DNA of 64,000 bases from Tubulanus polymorphus (lineage: Eukaryota > Animalia > Nemertea). Location: contig NC_134028.1 in assembly GCF_964204645.1 (NCBI RefSeq), positions 8,184,001 through 8,248,000 of the forward strand, given 5' to 3'. Positions within the stretch are counted from its first letter, which is position 1; every line of letters starts with the position of its first letter. The translations under genes were made by a program, and so were the position numbers. Below the pieces are notes generated by a model. It made no database searches. It was not told the DNA's origin and saw nothing but the letters and a program-made list of their open reading frames with translations. Shown piece after piece: positions 39,258-50,092 of the stretch.

Positions 39258-42200
39258 CTTCGGGGTTTGGATATTGGATATTGTATTTGATAGATTGAAA
39301 TTATATGTGTATAGTTCGGATAAGAGCCCAGGCATTCATAATGAGAATGGCGTTGACTTTATTTATTACCTGAACAACCTACTTGGTTTTTACTCCCTTA
39401 CGATCTGAGGTCCGTTTCTCACAAAGTCGTTAAGTTTGCCCCCGAGTTGCGCAGTGCTGACCACAAATGCCGTAGTTTTGGATCCTTGAGGAAGGTCATA
39501 CATCTGATTTCTGCGTAGTCTGCGTAACTGGACCGGGATTTTACCAAATTACGCGGTTACCGAATTAGAAATCGAGCTTAGGAGGTATATACGATAACAA
39601 GGTGCTTATAAAAACCACCAAGTTAATGGTTTACTTAGATATACAGAGGCGATTTAGAGTCTATAGTAATTAGGCCTATACGATACATTAGTGATTAGTC
39701 ATACAGACGCTTCCCGGAAATTGAAATTTTCTCCTTTAAAACTCCATATCCAGGAATGACTGATCTGCGGGGACCCTGCATATGAACATGCTAACTAATC
39801 ACAGTTAAGTCTAGATTTGATGTTTGTTTTTTCAGCAACAAATTGTACGCGCTTTAGGTAGCGTGTGTACGTTAATGCCGAAGACAGTGAGAGCTGAGTG
39901 TCAATCGTACGTCACCACGTACGCCCCCGCTCTGATTCAGCTGCTCGCATCGGACAACGAGCCGCAACAGATTTGCACGTTCCTCGGAGTTTGCAGCCCG
40001 GCGGTGAAAAAACATCAACCGACTAGGCAACAAACACCCGTGGCTCAGCCGACATGCAACGTTTGCGAACAGGTCATGAAAGAACTCGAAAGCCTTCTAC
40101 CGACAAATGCAACCGAGGTAAGATGAAATCTGACCTATTTTTTAGAAACTTTCGAAATTCAATCGATTTGAATCGGATTTTCTATGGGACTCCATTGAAA
40201 TCCGTCTTTCAATCTTCATTGAAATCCACCACGTTATCATATTTATGTGTGTATATACCACTCCAATGTATGTTTATCAACGAAAATTTGCATATAACAA
40301 CATTCAGCTCTACCCCTTTCTTCAGTGGGCACTTGATTTTGGCGTCGGCTGAAAATTTCCATCATTAAAACCTCTGACGAATCTTCCATCATGTTCGTTA
40401 AATATCTGGTCAACTGGTCAACTATGTTAGGCGGTTGGGACAAAGAAGCTTTAATTCTGATCATATATATGATTGTATATCTGATTATATATTCATTTTC
40501 AGACAGATATCGTTGCAGCGTTTAACAGAGTTTGCGCTCTGCAACCAATGACTATTAGCGCTGAATGTACAGATTTTGTAAATCAGTACGGGACGTTAGT
40601 TATCCAACTATTGGTCGATGGTTTTGCTCCGGTAGTTGTTTGCAAAGAACTAGGCCTCTGCCCTACTGTTCGTAAGTATTCGATAGAAATTCCATGTTCA
40701 GTTATCATTGTGGAGTATAGAGTTTTGGTGAATTCCTAAACTCGCGGACCGGGTTCTACAGTTGTGAGTTTAAGATTTGACTAGAGAGTTACTTCGTTGT
40801 AAATCTACTAATTTTAACTCTGAGTAAACCCGAACTCACAACTGTGAAACTGACCTTCCAGTACGACTGTCACGACATTAGTCCACAAAATCAAATCTCA
40901 ACATTGGTTTAAGGTTATAAAATTTGCTATCGAACTAAGTTTGTTGTAGACTGGTCTTAAACGTAAGCCATGGCTGCACAGATGGCCACTCAGGTCGGCA
41001 CTTATATCCCTGGCTAGATTATTATCATCATTGGGAACCGAGGTTACTGTTGATTACTGATTAAAATGAACATTTCAACGAAATGTTGCCGAAAAGTTTC
41101 AATTTGTTACTAATAGCACTTTTAGAGGTTGGCAGCCGTTACCATTTATAGCCGCTATTGCTTTGATATGAAGCGATGACAGGCAAAATTTCAATATTTC
41201 AAGCGATAGATATTTATCGATGTTTTTATACCGTATGCGTGTACCGGTAATTGTTTCGTTACAGAGACCAAAGTCCGAGCGAGTGGTGAGGTTTGTCGGT
41301 TGTGCAAAATGGTTATGTCGTATTTGGCTATGCTCTTGAGGGAACAGTCGACCGCGCAAACAATCGACCACGCAGTCGAACGAGTTTGCAACTTCTTACC
41401 AGCTGCGATGAAAAAACCTGTACGTATATTGAATTCTATTTGTGAGATCAATACAACCAACATCGATCACTGGAAATACTTTGACCTAATGTTGTAGCAG
41501 TACCAAACTATATAGTCGGTTTAAATTCAAGATTAGTTAATTTTCGATCAACTTTAAACTGGATTTTTACAGGCTCTTGAATCCATATTTCCAAAATAGT
41601 ACTGGTAATCAGATGAATACACAATTGATTTTTGTACTCGGCGTTTGGTATAGTTTTCATTGGTAATTGGAAGTAGATTTTAATTGGTTACCGTTCGAAG
41701 AAATTGAAGCGTAGTAACAGAGTAACTACTACTAGCGAACCTAGCTGGAAATCTAGCTGAAGTGCTCCAGTCAGGCATTCTGAAGTGTTGGGCATATTCA
41801 CCACACAAGTAGGCCTACATATTTGTTAGACAAATAGCTGCAAAGTTGGAAACAAATAGCAAAGAGTCTCTACAACTCCTTGTTTCATATTCGGTTCAGG
41901 ATCCCTACGACTCATTGATCCCTTTAAAGCTCCTTCTCAATGAAAAGCGGTGTTTGAAACTACATTAATGCCAGAAGCTCCTTCAATTTTGAAAGATAGG
42001 AAATCAGAAGTTGTGGCACAGTAAAAAGACTACGCCTAAATCGATGCAGTCAGGATTTTTTACCAATTCGGTGGTTACCAAATTTGAAAGGATCAGAATT
42101 TGCCACCGAATTTACCGTTTTGCCGAGGTAGACAGTACAGATTTATGAGGAGTCTACTGTATTTGAGATATGAAAGTCATGCAGAAGCTTCATCAAAATT

Positions 42201-43125
42201 TGAAATTTTCTCCTTTAACAATTTCTTGAAAACTCCTTGTATCCAGGAATGGCTGATTTGTTGGGTCACCCTGTAGTCACCTTACTTATCCCCAAGATGA
42301 TCAAAGCTATCGACCATCACCTCTGATATTAATAGGGAAGGGTGACTGACTGTGGCGCAGTAACTTAGCAATCAATAACTGTCCCTGAATTCTTCACTGC
42401 ACTTGTTGAGAGGAAAACCTACGGAATTGTTTATTCCATGTAATATTTTTCAGTGTGATGATATGATAGAACAATACGGACCGTTTATCATTCAAAAGTT
42501 GGACCAGCAGCTCGTAAACCCTGCCGATGTTTGTGCCGTAAGTGTTCAAATGCAATTACCGGTAGGCCTATTATATTCTTAAATACAACAGTAAGAATGA
42601 TATATTCTAATATTGAGCCTTTCACCTTAACAATAATTTTCCCATAGGAATTCTATATTCAAGTCTTGTTTTTGACAAACCATAATTTTAGAAAACACGG
42701 AAAACACCGGGAAATGATTTCTCTCGGGGAAAACGCATGGAAAACAGAGAAATGGAATTTATTTTGCTTGTGCGGGTTCCTCCCCAATTGTGTTTAATGG
42801 ACTGCATGCCCGTTATCAGAACATTTACAACAACTTTACTACCTTCGCTTCATTTGGTGAATTTTTGAATTCCTATAAAATTTAAATTACCAGGTAACTG
42901 AAATATTTACTAGGCTAGTTTACTACTTACATCTGTCAAGATATGAATTCTCCGGTCTGTACTACTGCCGTTCATCGGAACACAGGAAAAGTCCTTAATT
43001 TCGTTTATCGGGAAAACACAGGGAATTCATAAGCGGATGGATTTTGACCCTGAAGCATTGTTTTACTTTTTTATCGTCAATATCAATTTCTTTTCGTATA
43101 TTTTCAGGCTATGGAACATTGTTAG
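21209..43125 (+). CDS. Prosaposin-like paralogue, ~1088 aa: signal peptide, SapA, 11 SapB domains, no C-terminal SapA
   Basis: Exons 21209-21251, 23753-23898, 24237-24314; unit 1: 24602-24667, 25760-25939, 26880-26942, 27385-27447, 27684-27743, 28532-28672, 29310-29591; unit 2: 29870-29935, 31028-31207, 32144-32206, 32649-32711, 32948-33007, 33796-33936, 34562-34843; unit 3: 35122-35187, 36280-36459, 37395-37457, 37900-37962, 38199-38258, 39041-39190, 39836-40117; then 40503-40671, 41265-41419, 42454-42537, 43108-43125 (TAG). Frame open if the 6a copies are skipped; expression not demonstrable. Confidence 0.75.
21871..23725. mobile_element. Older, right-truncated copy of the foldback element, host of the nested copy
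   Basis: Starts TATGGTGGCTGATAAGGGCC at 21871, is interrupted at 21939, resumes at 23280 with the sequence expected from the intact copy; right TIR ends prematurely near 23725. Confidence 0.75.
21940..23273. mobile_element. Non-autonomous foldback element, IS3EU-like termini (TATGG...CCATA) with 6-bp TSD CAAAAC
   Basis: Long inverted arms made of ~31-bp subrepeats TTTTGGCGCCCCCGCCAAAAC around a ~110-bp spacer; CAAAAC at 21934-21939 and 23274-23279. Confidence 0.8.
25133..25659. mobile_element. 527-bp MITE with long (~190 bp) imperfect TIRs; copies 30401-30927 and 35653-36179
   Basis: AGGGAAGTTT..CAGGCGCCATTTTGAGGCGG ... CCGCCTCAAAATGGCGCCTG..AAACTTCCCT; absent from intron 4 of copy 1. Confidence 0.8.
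26757..26820 (+). pseudogene. Frameshifted pseudo-exon 6a of the paralogue (also 32021-32084, 37272-37335)
   Basis: 17-nt deletion relative to 11544-11624 removes the first Cys and leaves 64 nt (59 nt from the next AG), neither divisible by 3. Confidence 0.8.
28688..28731. repeat. (GATT)n microsatellite, about 11, 8 and 13 copies in units 1-3 (28688, 33952, 39206)
   Basis: Directly visible. Confidence 0.9.
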
Positions 43126-44995
43126 ACCCACGTTTGGACTCGAGATTAAAATTATTGAGCACGCGTTTTTTTTCAAACGGTACGGGGCGGATCTTGGTGA
43201 CCTAGATTCCTGTCTTAAGTTTTATAGGTAAAATAAACCGAAATCTCGTCATTTTCATTCCCTAAATTTGATTAGCTCTTTTTCGTTAAGATCCCTTCCT
43301 AGATCCGCCCGTGCTGCCCTCTCCCGGTCAACAATGAATTTGTAATTGATCTCGCGTTGTAATTCTGTTCAACAGTACTTCGTGATGTCTACTAACACTT
43401 TCACCCGCCATACAAGTTGGAATATTGAGGAGCAAATCTGAAATATTATCTAGTGCTTCGTTTTAAGATTAGCGGTAGCTCTGTCTGTAATTGTATAGGC
43501 CTATGTGTTTTTATTTCCGATTCAAATTATTAATCAAAACATATTAGATATACATCATATTCCGTATTCATATTAGTTTTAGCTTAAGTTGAGCATAATT
43601 TTTATTTGTCGCCTATGATGATAATCCAAAGCATTGAAATTGAATGATAATAATGATGATAATTGTAATTTTTTTCTATTAGCTAGAAACAAGCTATGTT
43701 GCCAGTGAATCTTCTATATCGAAAATTGGGGGTTGAAATTAAATGCGGTTCTATTTTTTGAAAATTAAATTGGTGAGTGTGAATCTGCTGTCCCAGACTG
43801 GGTCCCTAAGACATTGGACACCTCATGGCCTAGCATACAATTTTTGATCGTCCAGTTCACTACTTCAGGCATTTTAAACTAGCTAATATGCCCAAAAACG
43901 TTTTGTCAGCACACTTTCATGAGGCGATCGTCCATACTTTACACTCCAATCGATAGAGTTAACAATTGTTAGAATTTATTAACTCGTATTAATCCTAAGG
44001 TTCATTTCACTGATTAACTTAACGTTAAAGATTCATTTGTAATCTGGTATGACTAATGTAACTTTCAAAGTCATTCTGTGAAATGCGGTCCTTTTTTCTA
44101 AGCTTTGATATATATTATGTTATCGCTCATTGTACGATACTAATGTATTTTGATTATGATGCTTGTTATTTGTATATCGGTTGTAGGTACAGTCGAACCT
44201 CGTTATTACGATTCTGTTTAAGACAAAACCTGTTCATTGCGATGATTTCCAGCATGTTCTGGCTAAGATATTTTACATCATTCCTGATTAAGAAAATACG
44301 AAGCCCGTTTGATGTTACAATTTCGTCATTTTTGTCCACAAGATCCGTATTAACGAGGTTCCACTGTATTTTCTGGTAAAATCGTACATTCTAAATCTTG
44401 AATCATCGCTGGTGCTGACTACGTCCAAGGGTGAGAATTGATTTCACCGCGTGATACAAGGAATTATTTTGGGAATACAGTTGGATACTGTGATAAAATC
44501 TGTGATAAAAAGATATTTGAAACTGTAAGGGAACATGCATATTGTCCTAATTATCCATCACTAAAATCATTTATAATGAAACGATCTTTTATGAACAATT
44601 ATCATGTCTTCGTGGTTGACTTTGACATCCTTGGACGGTTCACAAGAGTCTTTCTATTGACGATTTCATATTTGTCTTTTATCATACCACAGCGTATATA
44701 GAATGCAGGCTTAAAGTGACACCCTGATGCCGAGATCCCTCCCAGAGGCCTACCCCCGTACTTGAATGCTCGATTCACTAGAGGTTTGTCGTTATGTGAA
44801 GCATTTTAACCCGGTTTGTGCGAACATCATAGTCATATTAAAATCTTCAATACCCTGCTTCTCAAATTGACGGAATATTTTTACGTTGGAAGAATGAAGA
44901 ATTAAACTTGTAAGAAAAATAACTATGGCTAAATCCGGATTTAAGGAATACGAAAAGTTAAGTTACCCCATGGGTTAAAGTTAACACCAGTCTAT

Positions 44996-45243
44996 AGCCG
45001 CGATCACACGAGCGTTCTTGGCCAGAGCCAAATTTTGCCCATGATCGCTTATTGTGTTTGAATTGCAATTGGTTCCGGAAATGACTTACTTCGCATTTAT
45101 TTGTTTGAGCATTGTTTAGTATCGAGTGAGTGATTTATAGCTACGTGTGATCGCGTTCTTCTCAATTAGGAACGGGCCAGATTTGTATCAGGCCCGATCC
45201 GTACCAATTTGGCCCAGGCCAAATCGTCTGTGTGATCGCGGCT
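44996..45243. mobile_element. MITE with TIR AGCCGCGATCACAC
   Basis: AGCCGCGATCACAC ... GTGTGATCGCGGCT, flanked by TAT on both sides. Confidence 0.75.
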
Positions 45244-45354
45244 TATAAAACCAGCCTCTGGAAACCAAACCAACTATACCCATTCAACACCCAACTACCC
45301 ACAGCTTTGATATAAACATCATATTATCTAGTGTGTTTCTCCATATAGATGAAG

Positions 45355-46452
45355 TTATTTACGATGAAGTAAATGCCAGGCCGTGGCTCTAAAACGACCA
45401 TTCGTAAAACAATAAATGAAGAAATTCACAGAAGAATTCAATGTTGGCAACAAATCGCCGAACAGCCTTTTCACGATTTTCGCTTCTGGCGAGTAAAACC
45501 TTCGTGGGAGTTTGATAAAACGTCTCAAGAAATCGTAGTTTGACTTGAATGATGTCGGAACTTCGCAGAAGATAAAAAGAAATACAATGGCGACGGCCAT
45601 TTTTCCTGCCTTGGCGTCTAGTTTCCCCGCAGTCTTCTGGGTTGCATTATGATCGATTCCCTTTTCCCTAATTTTTGAAATATTACGAAGCGTCCAAATC
45701 AAATATGCATTGAAAATAATCAATAATACAGCCGGTAGAATTTCTTTGAAGACGGGGCCAATGAATTGGTTGACATATCCGTAAATTCGGAAGAAAACTT
45801 GTTGAATTGCATTATTTCCCGTGGAGCCGAGACCTGTTACGTACATCTGACTACACGCGTCATACTGGTGTGTGATTGTCGTGCCGATCACAAACGGGGA
45901 GTAAAGAAATGCGAATGAAATCACCATAAAAATAACGATCAGCTTCACGCGACTCGGAGTGAAATGACGGCGAGCAAAGAACGGAAATGCCACGGAAAAC
46001 GCCCGTTCGGATACGACCATTACAGTCAACCAATTACGAGTGAGTTGGGCCGAATACCGTGGTATCCAGGCTAGTTTATAAACCCACGGTACGACGCCCC
46101 AACTCAGACTGACTTTTCTGAATATTCGCGAACCTTGCGTCAGATAAGCAACGACGAATCGAAAAGGTTCTTGAATACCGCGGAACACCAGAAATGTTAT
46201 ATCAGCCAGCGCCAAACAACGCAGTAAATAAAGTGATATGTGGTTAGAAGACTGTCGTCGTAGAATCGAAATATTGAATACGTTGAGCAGAATTCCGACA
46301 ACAGAAATAGGCAAACTACCCGCTAGTTTAACGCTTACTGCGAATACAGACCAAAAGACAAAACGACATTTTTCAGAATCGTTTAGAATTTCACTGCGCC
46401 ACGTTGTTGTTACTGTTATATTATCTGCATCGGTCGTATCATTTGCCAACAT
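45355..46452 (-). CDS. Intronless class A GPCR, FMRFamide/sex-peptide-receptor-like orphan, ~365 aa
   Basis: Seven hydrophobic segments; GILLN (TM1), LALAD (TM2), SERAFSV (DRY-equivalent), FIFCEVP (TM6), NSSVNFFIYCF (TM7); N-terminal sequons NDT/NIT/NDS; first in-frame ATG at 46452. Confidence 0.88.
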   Translation of the reverse strand: MLANDTTDADNITVTTTWRSEILNDSEKCRFVFWSVFAVSVKLAGSLPISVVGILLNVFNISILRRQSSNHISLYLLRCLALADITFLVFRGIQEPFRFVVAYLTQGSRIFRKVSLSWGVVPWVYKLAWIPRYSAQLTRNWLTVMVVSERAFSVAFPFFARRHFTPSRVKLIVIFMVISFAFLYSPFVIGTTITHQYDACSQMYVTGLGSTGNNAIQQVFFRIYGYVNQFIGPVFKEILPAVLLIIFNAYLIWTLRNISKIREKGIDHNATQKTAGKLDAKAGKMAVAIVFLFIFCEVPTSFKSNYDFLRRFIKLPRRFYSPEAKIVKRLFGDLLPTLNSSVNFFIYCFTNGRFRATAWHLLHRK

Positions 46453-47532
46453 CTTTCTATACCGCAAAATGATGATTACTCATGGGCCAATAAAATTAGC
46501 TTACACTAATACTGCACAATTTGTCAAATACAAAAAGCAGTTTGAAATCATTGTGCTAAAAGGTTAAGCTTATTTCATCTTATATATACGCATGCAGATG
46601 AAACTTGCCCCGAGACTTTATTTGATTGGCTGAAAATATGAATAACCCGGAATGCATGGTTTTATCGAATACGAACAACTACGGCGTAACTATGAGGGGA
46701 TTTCGAAGAAATGAAGTGAGATTAGGTATGATGTTTTCGAGATACCCAGAGGAGTTGACCTATGGTTCAACTAACGGTGGGCGAACTTCGGTTATCGGAG
46801 TAAGTCGACTATGTTCGAACTAAGTGAAACCGAATGTCAGTTATTCTGAACTGTAGTCCGGAAATGGTCGATACAGGATTGAGCACGGTGGCCGACACTG
46901 TCAAATGAGTTTCGGCCGAACTCAAGTGCGTCCCGTAATATATTAGTTCCGACCACCAGTAATCGAGCTACGAACCGAAGTTCACCTAGACGGTTGCAAG
47001 GTGTAAGGGCTCAAGTAGGGTATTGCATAGTATAGTTCCTTCGCGTATGCTTACTGCGTTGTTCGGTTTATGTGTAACCCAAAGAAAGTTGTCATGTCGA
47101 CACATTTACATCGCCAGCCATTAACATTCCATGTGTCAACGTGTCGACGTATCTACCAACCGACAAATTGACTATTAATGATCTCTTAACCTCATACACC
47201 AAACACATCACGTGACCAAACACATGATAAACCCCATACTTAAAATACAAATTGCATTTTATATTAGTTTCAACACGGTTAAACATTCAAATTCACCGGA
47301 GATTCATTATTTATTTTCATCACTGTCATCGTGAGATGCGCCTCCCAAAAAACAAACGTGGGGACGGTGAAATATGGCATTGTTCACATTGCTACAGAAC
47401 GACGTCGATGCGTGCCGCCTCTCTTTTTCAAAATCAAAAATGATGCAGCTGATGCTTATAGTTTACTGTTTCGGTTTAGATTTTCTTCTCTTGTTTGTTT
47501 GTGTTTTGTGGTCACCCGTCAACCAGTCAACC

Positions 47533-47735
47533 CACGATGCTTGTACATACATTGGCGACAACATTGCGACGTGTCGTCCGTCGACCGTCAACCAGCGGAT
47601 GATATAGGTCTATGCGCTCTATCGTCTCTCATTTTTGTCACCACGATCCTTGTACATAAATTGGCGACAACATTGCATCGTGTCATCCGTCGACCGTCAA
47701 CCAGCAGGTGAGATATGCACTCTATCATCTCTTCA
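47533..47735. repeat. Two diverged tandem copies of a ~109-bp unit
   Basis: cacgat.cttgtacata.attggcgacaacattgc...ccgtcgaccgtcaaccagc repeated at ~47533 and ~47642. Confidence 0.8.
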
Positions 47736-48334
47736 ATGGGCCAACCAACAAACAACCAACAGTAGTCAACTGTCACTAGTCGTCGGTCAACCTGTACATG
47801 AACTGTTCCTTTGCTGCGCATCAATACCCAATTATCAATGTATTCATGCGCCAATGTATTAATGCGCTGATACATTAACCGCACAACTTACTAACTCTAC
47901 GCTAAGGCACTATACTATGCTATATCCAACTTGGGCCGGTGTAAGTTCATTTCGAAGGTCATTCGATCAGCAACCTGAAAAAGTAGAACCCTCCCTGCTC
48001 CTCATCAACATCTCACCAAATTTCAAAATATCGCAATGGCTGGTTCAGCCTGTATCATGTACGGTATACAAGATATTCCTGTATTTTTCAGCTCTCGACA
48101 GCAGCAAAGATGGCCGCAAGAGTGCTTACTTTTGCTAACCAAAATTTTCTCGGACAATAAAATGCTGTAGGCCCTATATAGATCAAGACGAAGGCGGCCG
48201 TCTAAAATGAATGATGAGAAAGGTGTCACTTTTTCGTTCAAAAAGTGCTTACTCAGGGTGGCCTCTGACAAAAAACTCATGGAATTAGAAAAATCATTGA
48301 AAACTCAGGGATTTCGGATAATGCTTTAGTGACT

Positions 48335-48538
48335 GCGAATGTAGGAAAAATGGCCACGGAAAAAATTGCCAGGAAAAAATTGCCATGGAAAAAATGGCCA
48401 AGGTATTTGCCTATGAAAAAAATGGGCATGGAAAAATGGCCACGAAAAAAAAGGCCAGGGACAATTTATGAGAACTACTGACAATGTTAATAAAACATTA
48501 AGCTTTCAATTTTTCCTTGGCCATTTTTTCCGTTCACC
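48335..48538. repeat. GGAAAAAATGGCCA subrepeat cluster with one inverted copy; probable DNA-transposon remnant
   Basis: About seven direct copies, then tggccattttttcc; AGTGACT occurs on both flanks. Confidence 0.55.
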
Positions 48539-49099
48539 AGTGACTACATGTAACTAGAGAGACACCGGCATCTGTAAAGCCCGCCGCACACCGCTTTTAC
48601 TTACGAAAGTCGGACGTCATCCAACTCTTACTACGACTTTTTTCAAATAAAATTTCCGAAAATATCTCGTTATAAAAAAAAGAATCTTGTTCGGCGATTT
48701 ATGTAGCCAACGCAGTAGAGCCACAACCTGATATTTACTAAACCAAATATTTAGAAAGGTCCATGAACATTTTCCACAAATTGAAAATGTTTGAGATCCT
48801 CATACTAGAACTATTCACACGAAGAGAAGAAGGCTAATATAGGACTTCATGAATCCAGCATGCGGTTGAATTTTTGTTTTGGCTTGGAATACAGACCGAT
48901 CAAAAACGTCGACATTTTGCAATAAACCCGTGGTCCACCCACATAACTGCGCGGAAGAACTTTTGTGACCCCATTAATCACCAACTCATTTGCGTCGGAA
49001 TAATTGCGTCGATTTACGATAGATGTATTAAACACGTAGGATACGCTATATACTGATTTTTCTTCGAGCAATCATTCTGCCAGACCCTAAATATCTGAT

Positions 49100-49500
49100 C
49101 GCGCCGCCGTCGAGTCGAAATGACTGTCAGTTGACTCTTTGAAGCGGGATACCAGTGGAAGGTTGGGCAGCGAATTGTCTAGCCTCGACAATAACGCCAT
49201 TTTTAACTTTTGTATGGGAGGCGGGGAACTTCAAATAAACCGATGTTGGATTATGTCTTTTTCAAACACGGGAAGGCGGGCAACTTCAAAGAATGTGATT
49301 TCACATAAAAGAAGGCGGGATCTTCAAAAGTGGTAGATCATATTCAATTGAATGATGAACTAACTATAAGCGCTACTGAGGTATTTGTATGGAAAACTTC
49401 AATTCTTAATCAGACCGTCGGTCCTTATTGTGAAAATCAACGGTACATCGCGTAGCGGCGAACTTCAAATATTTCAGCGCGTCAGCTGTACAAAGCAATT
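49100..49500. promoter_or_regulatory. Putative Wnt/TCF-responsive enhancer of Sp5
   Basis: CTTTGAAG 49137-49144 plus four GCGG-N3/4-CTTCAAA composites at 49219, 49274, 49313, 49454. Confidence 0.6.
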
Positions 49501-50092
49501 GTAATAGGTGGTTTTCTTAAGCCACCGAAAGCATTTCACATAGTCAATAAGAAGGATTGTGCGTCATGAATGGCGAACGTTCTTAAGGGGTCTCGACGCG
49601 GCACGATTTCTCCCGACACAGTCTATAAAAACAGACCGACGCGATATTCTCTCGCAAATTAACCGCCCCGGTCAACACCCGAATCACAAAAAACCGATTT
49701 ATCGCGCGGTATTTATGATCACGTGACCTCTCTCCCTCTCCCTCGTCGAAAATTGCGTTTGATCGACGATTATGAATCCATTTGCGAAACACATAAAACA
49801 GAAGCGAGCGGTTCCGCGAGTACGCCTAAACCGACCCCGCCGTGGCTTCCATTATATACAACGACAAATACACACAGTAGGTTAGCGTGAAGCACAAAAC
49901 AGAACGTTTACTTTAATGTCGACCGCCTATTGACTATAATTGGCCAGCGGTGCGCACCAAAGTGATTTTCCTCTTTATTCCATTGGATGACGGCAACGCA
50001 AAGTTTTTCTAGAAAACTGCTCGACAGTATTAGCACGTCCGAGGTTCGGGAGTAGAACACCTTCCGATCTGGTTACTTCAGACACGTCAAAT

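Larger units (their letters stand above)
24540..40340 (+). repeat. Three tandem near-identical units (~5269, 5252, 5274 bp) spanning exons 4-10 of the prosaposin paralogue
   Basis: Junctions at GATTTT 29809-29814 and 35061-35066; the ORF track repeats with the same period. Confidence 0.97.

Noticed and set aside
21209-43125. Calling the paralogue a simple pseudogene (frameshifted exon, missing exon 14, early stop)
   Set aside because: Each lesion is bypassed or frame-preserving and the other splice sites retain GT-AG; not excluded without expression data, but not the best reading
46238-46567. Antisense or alternative-frame ORFs over real genes (also 13958-14215, 50874-51442, 54436-54855)
   Set aside because: Shadows of coding sequence with no independent features
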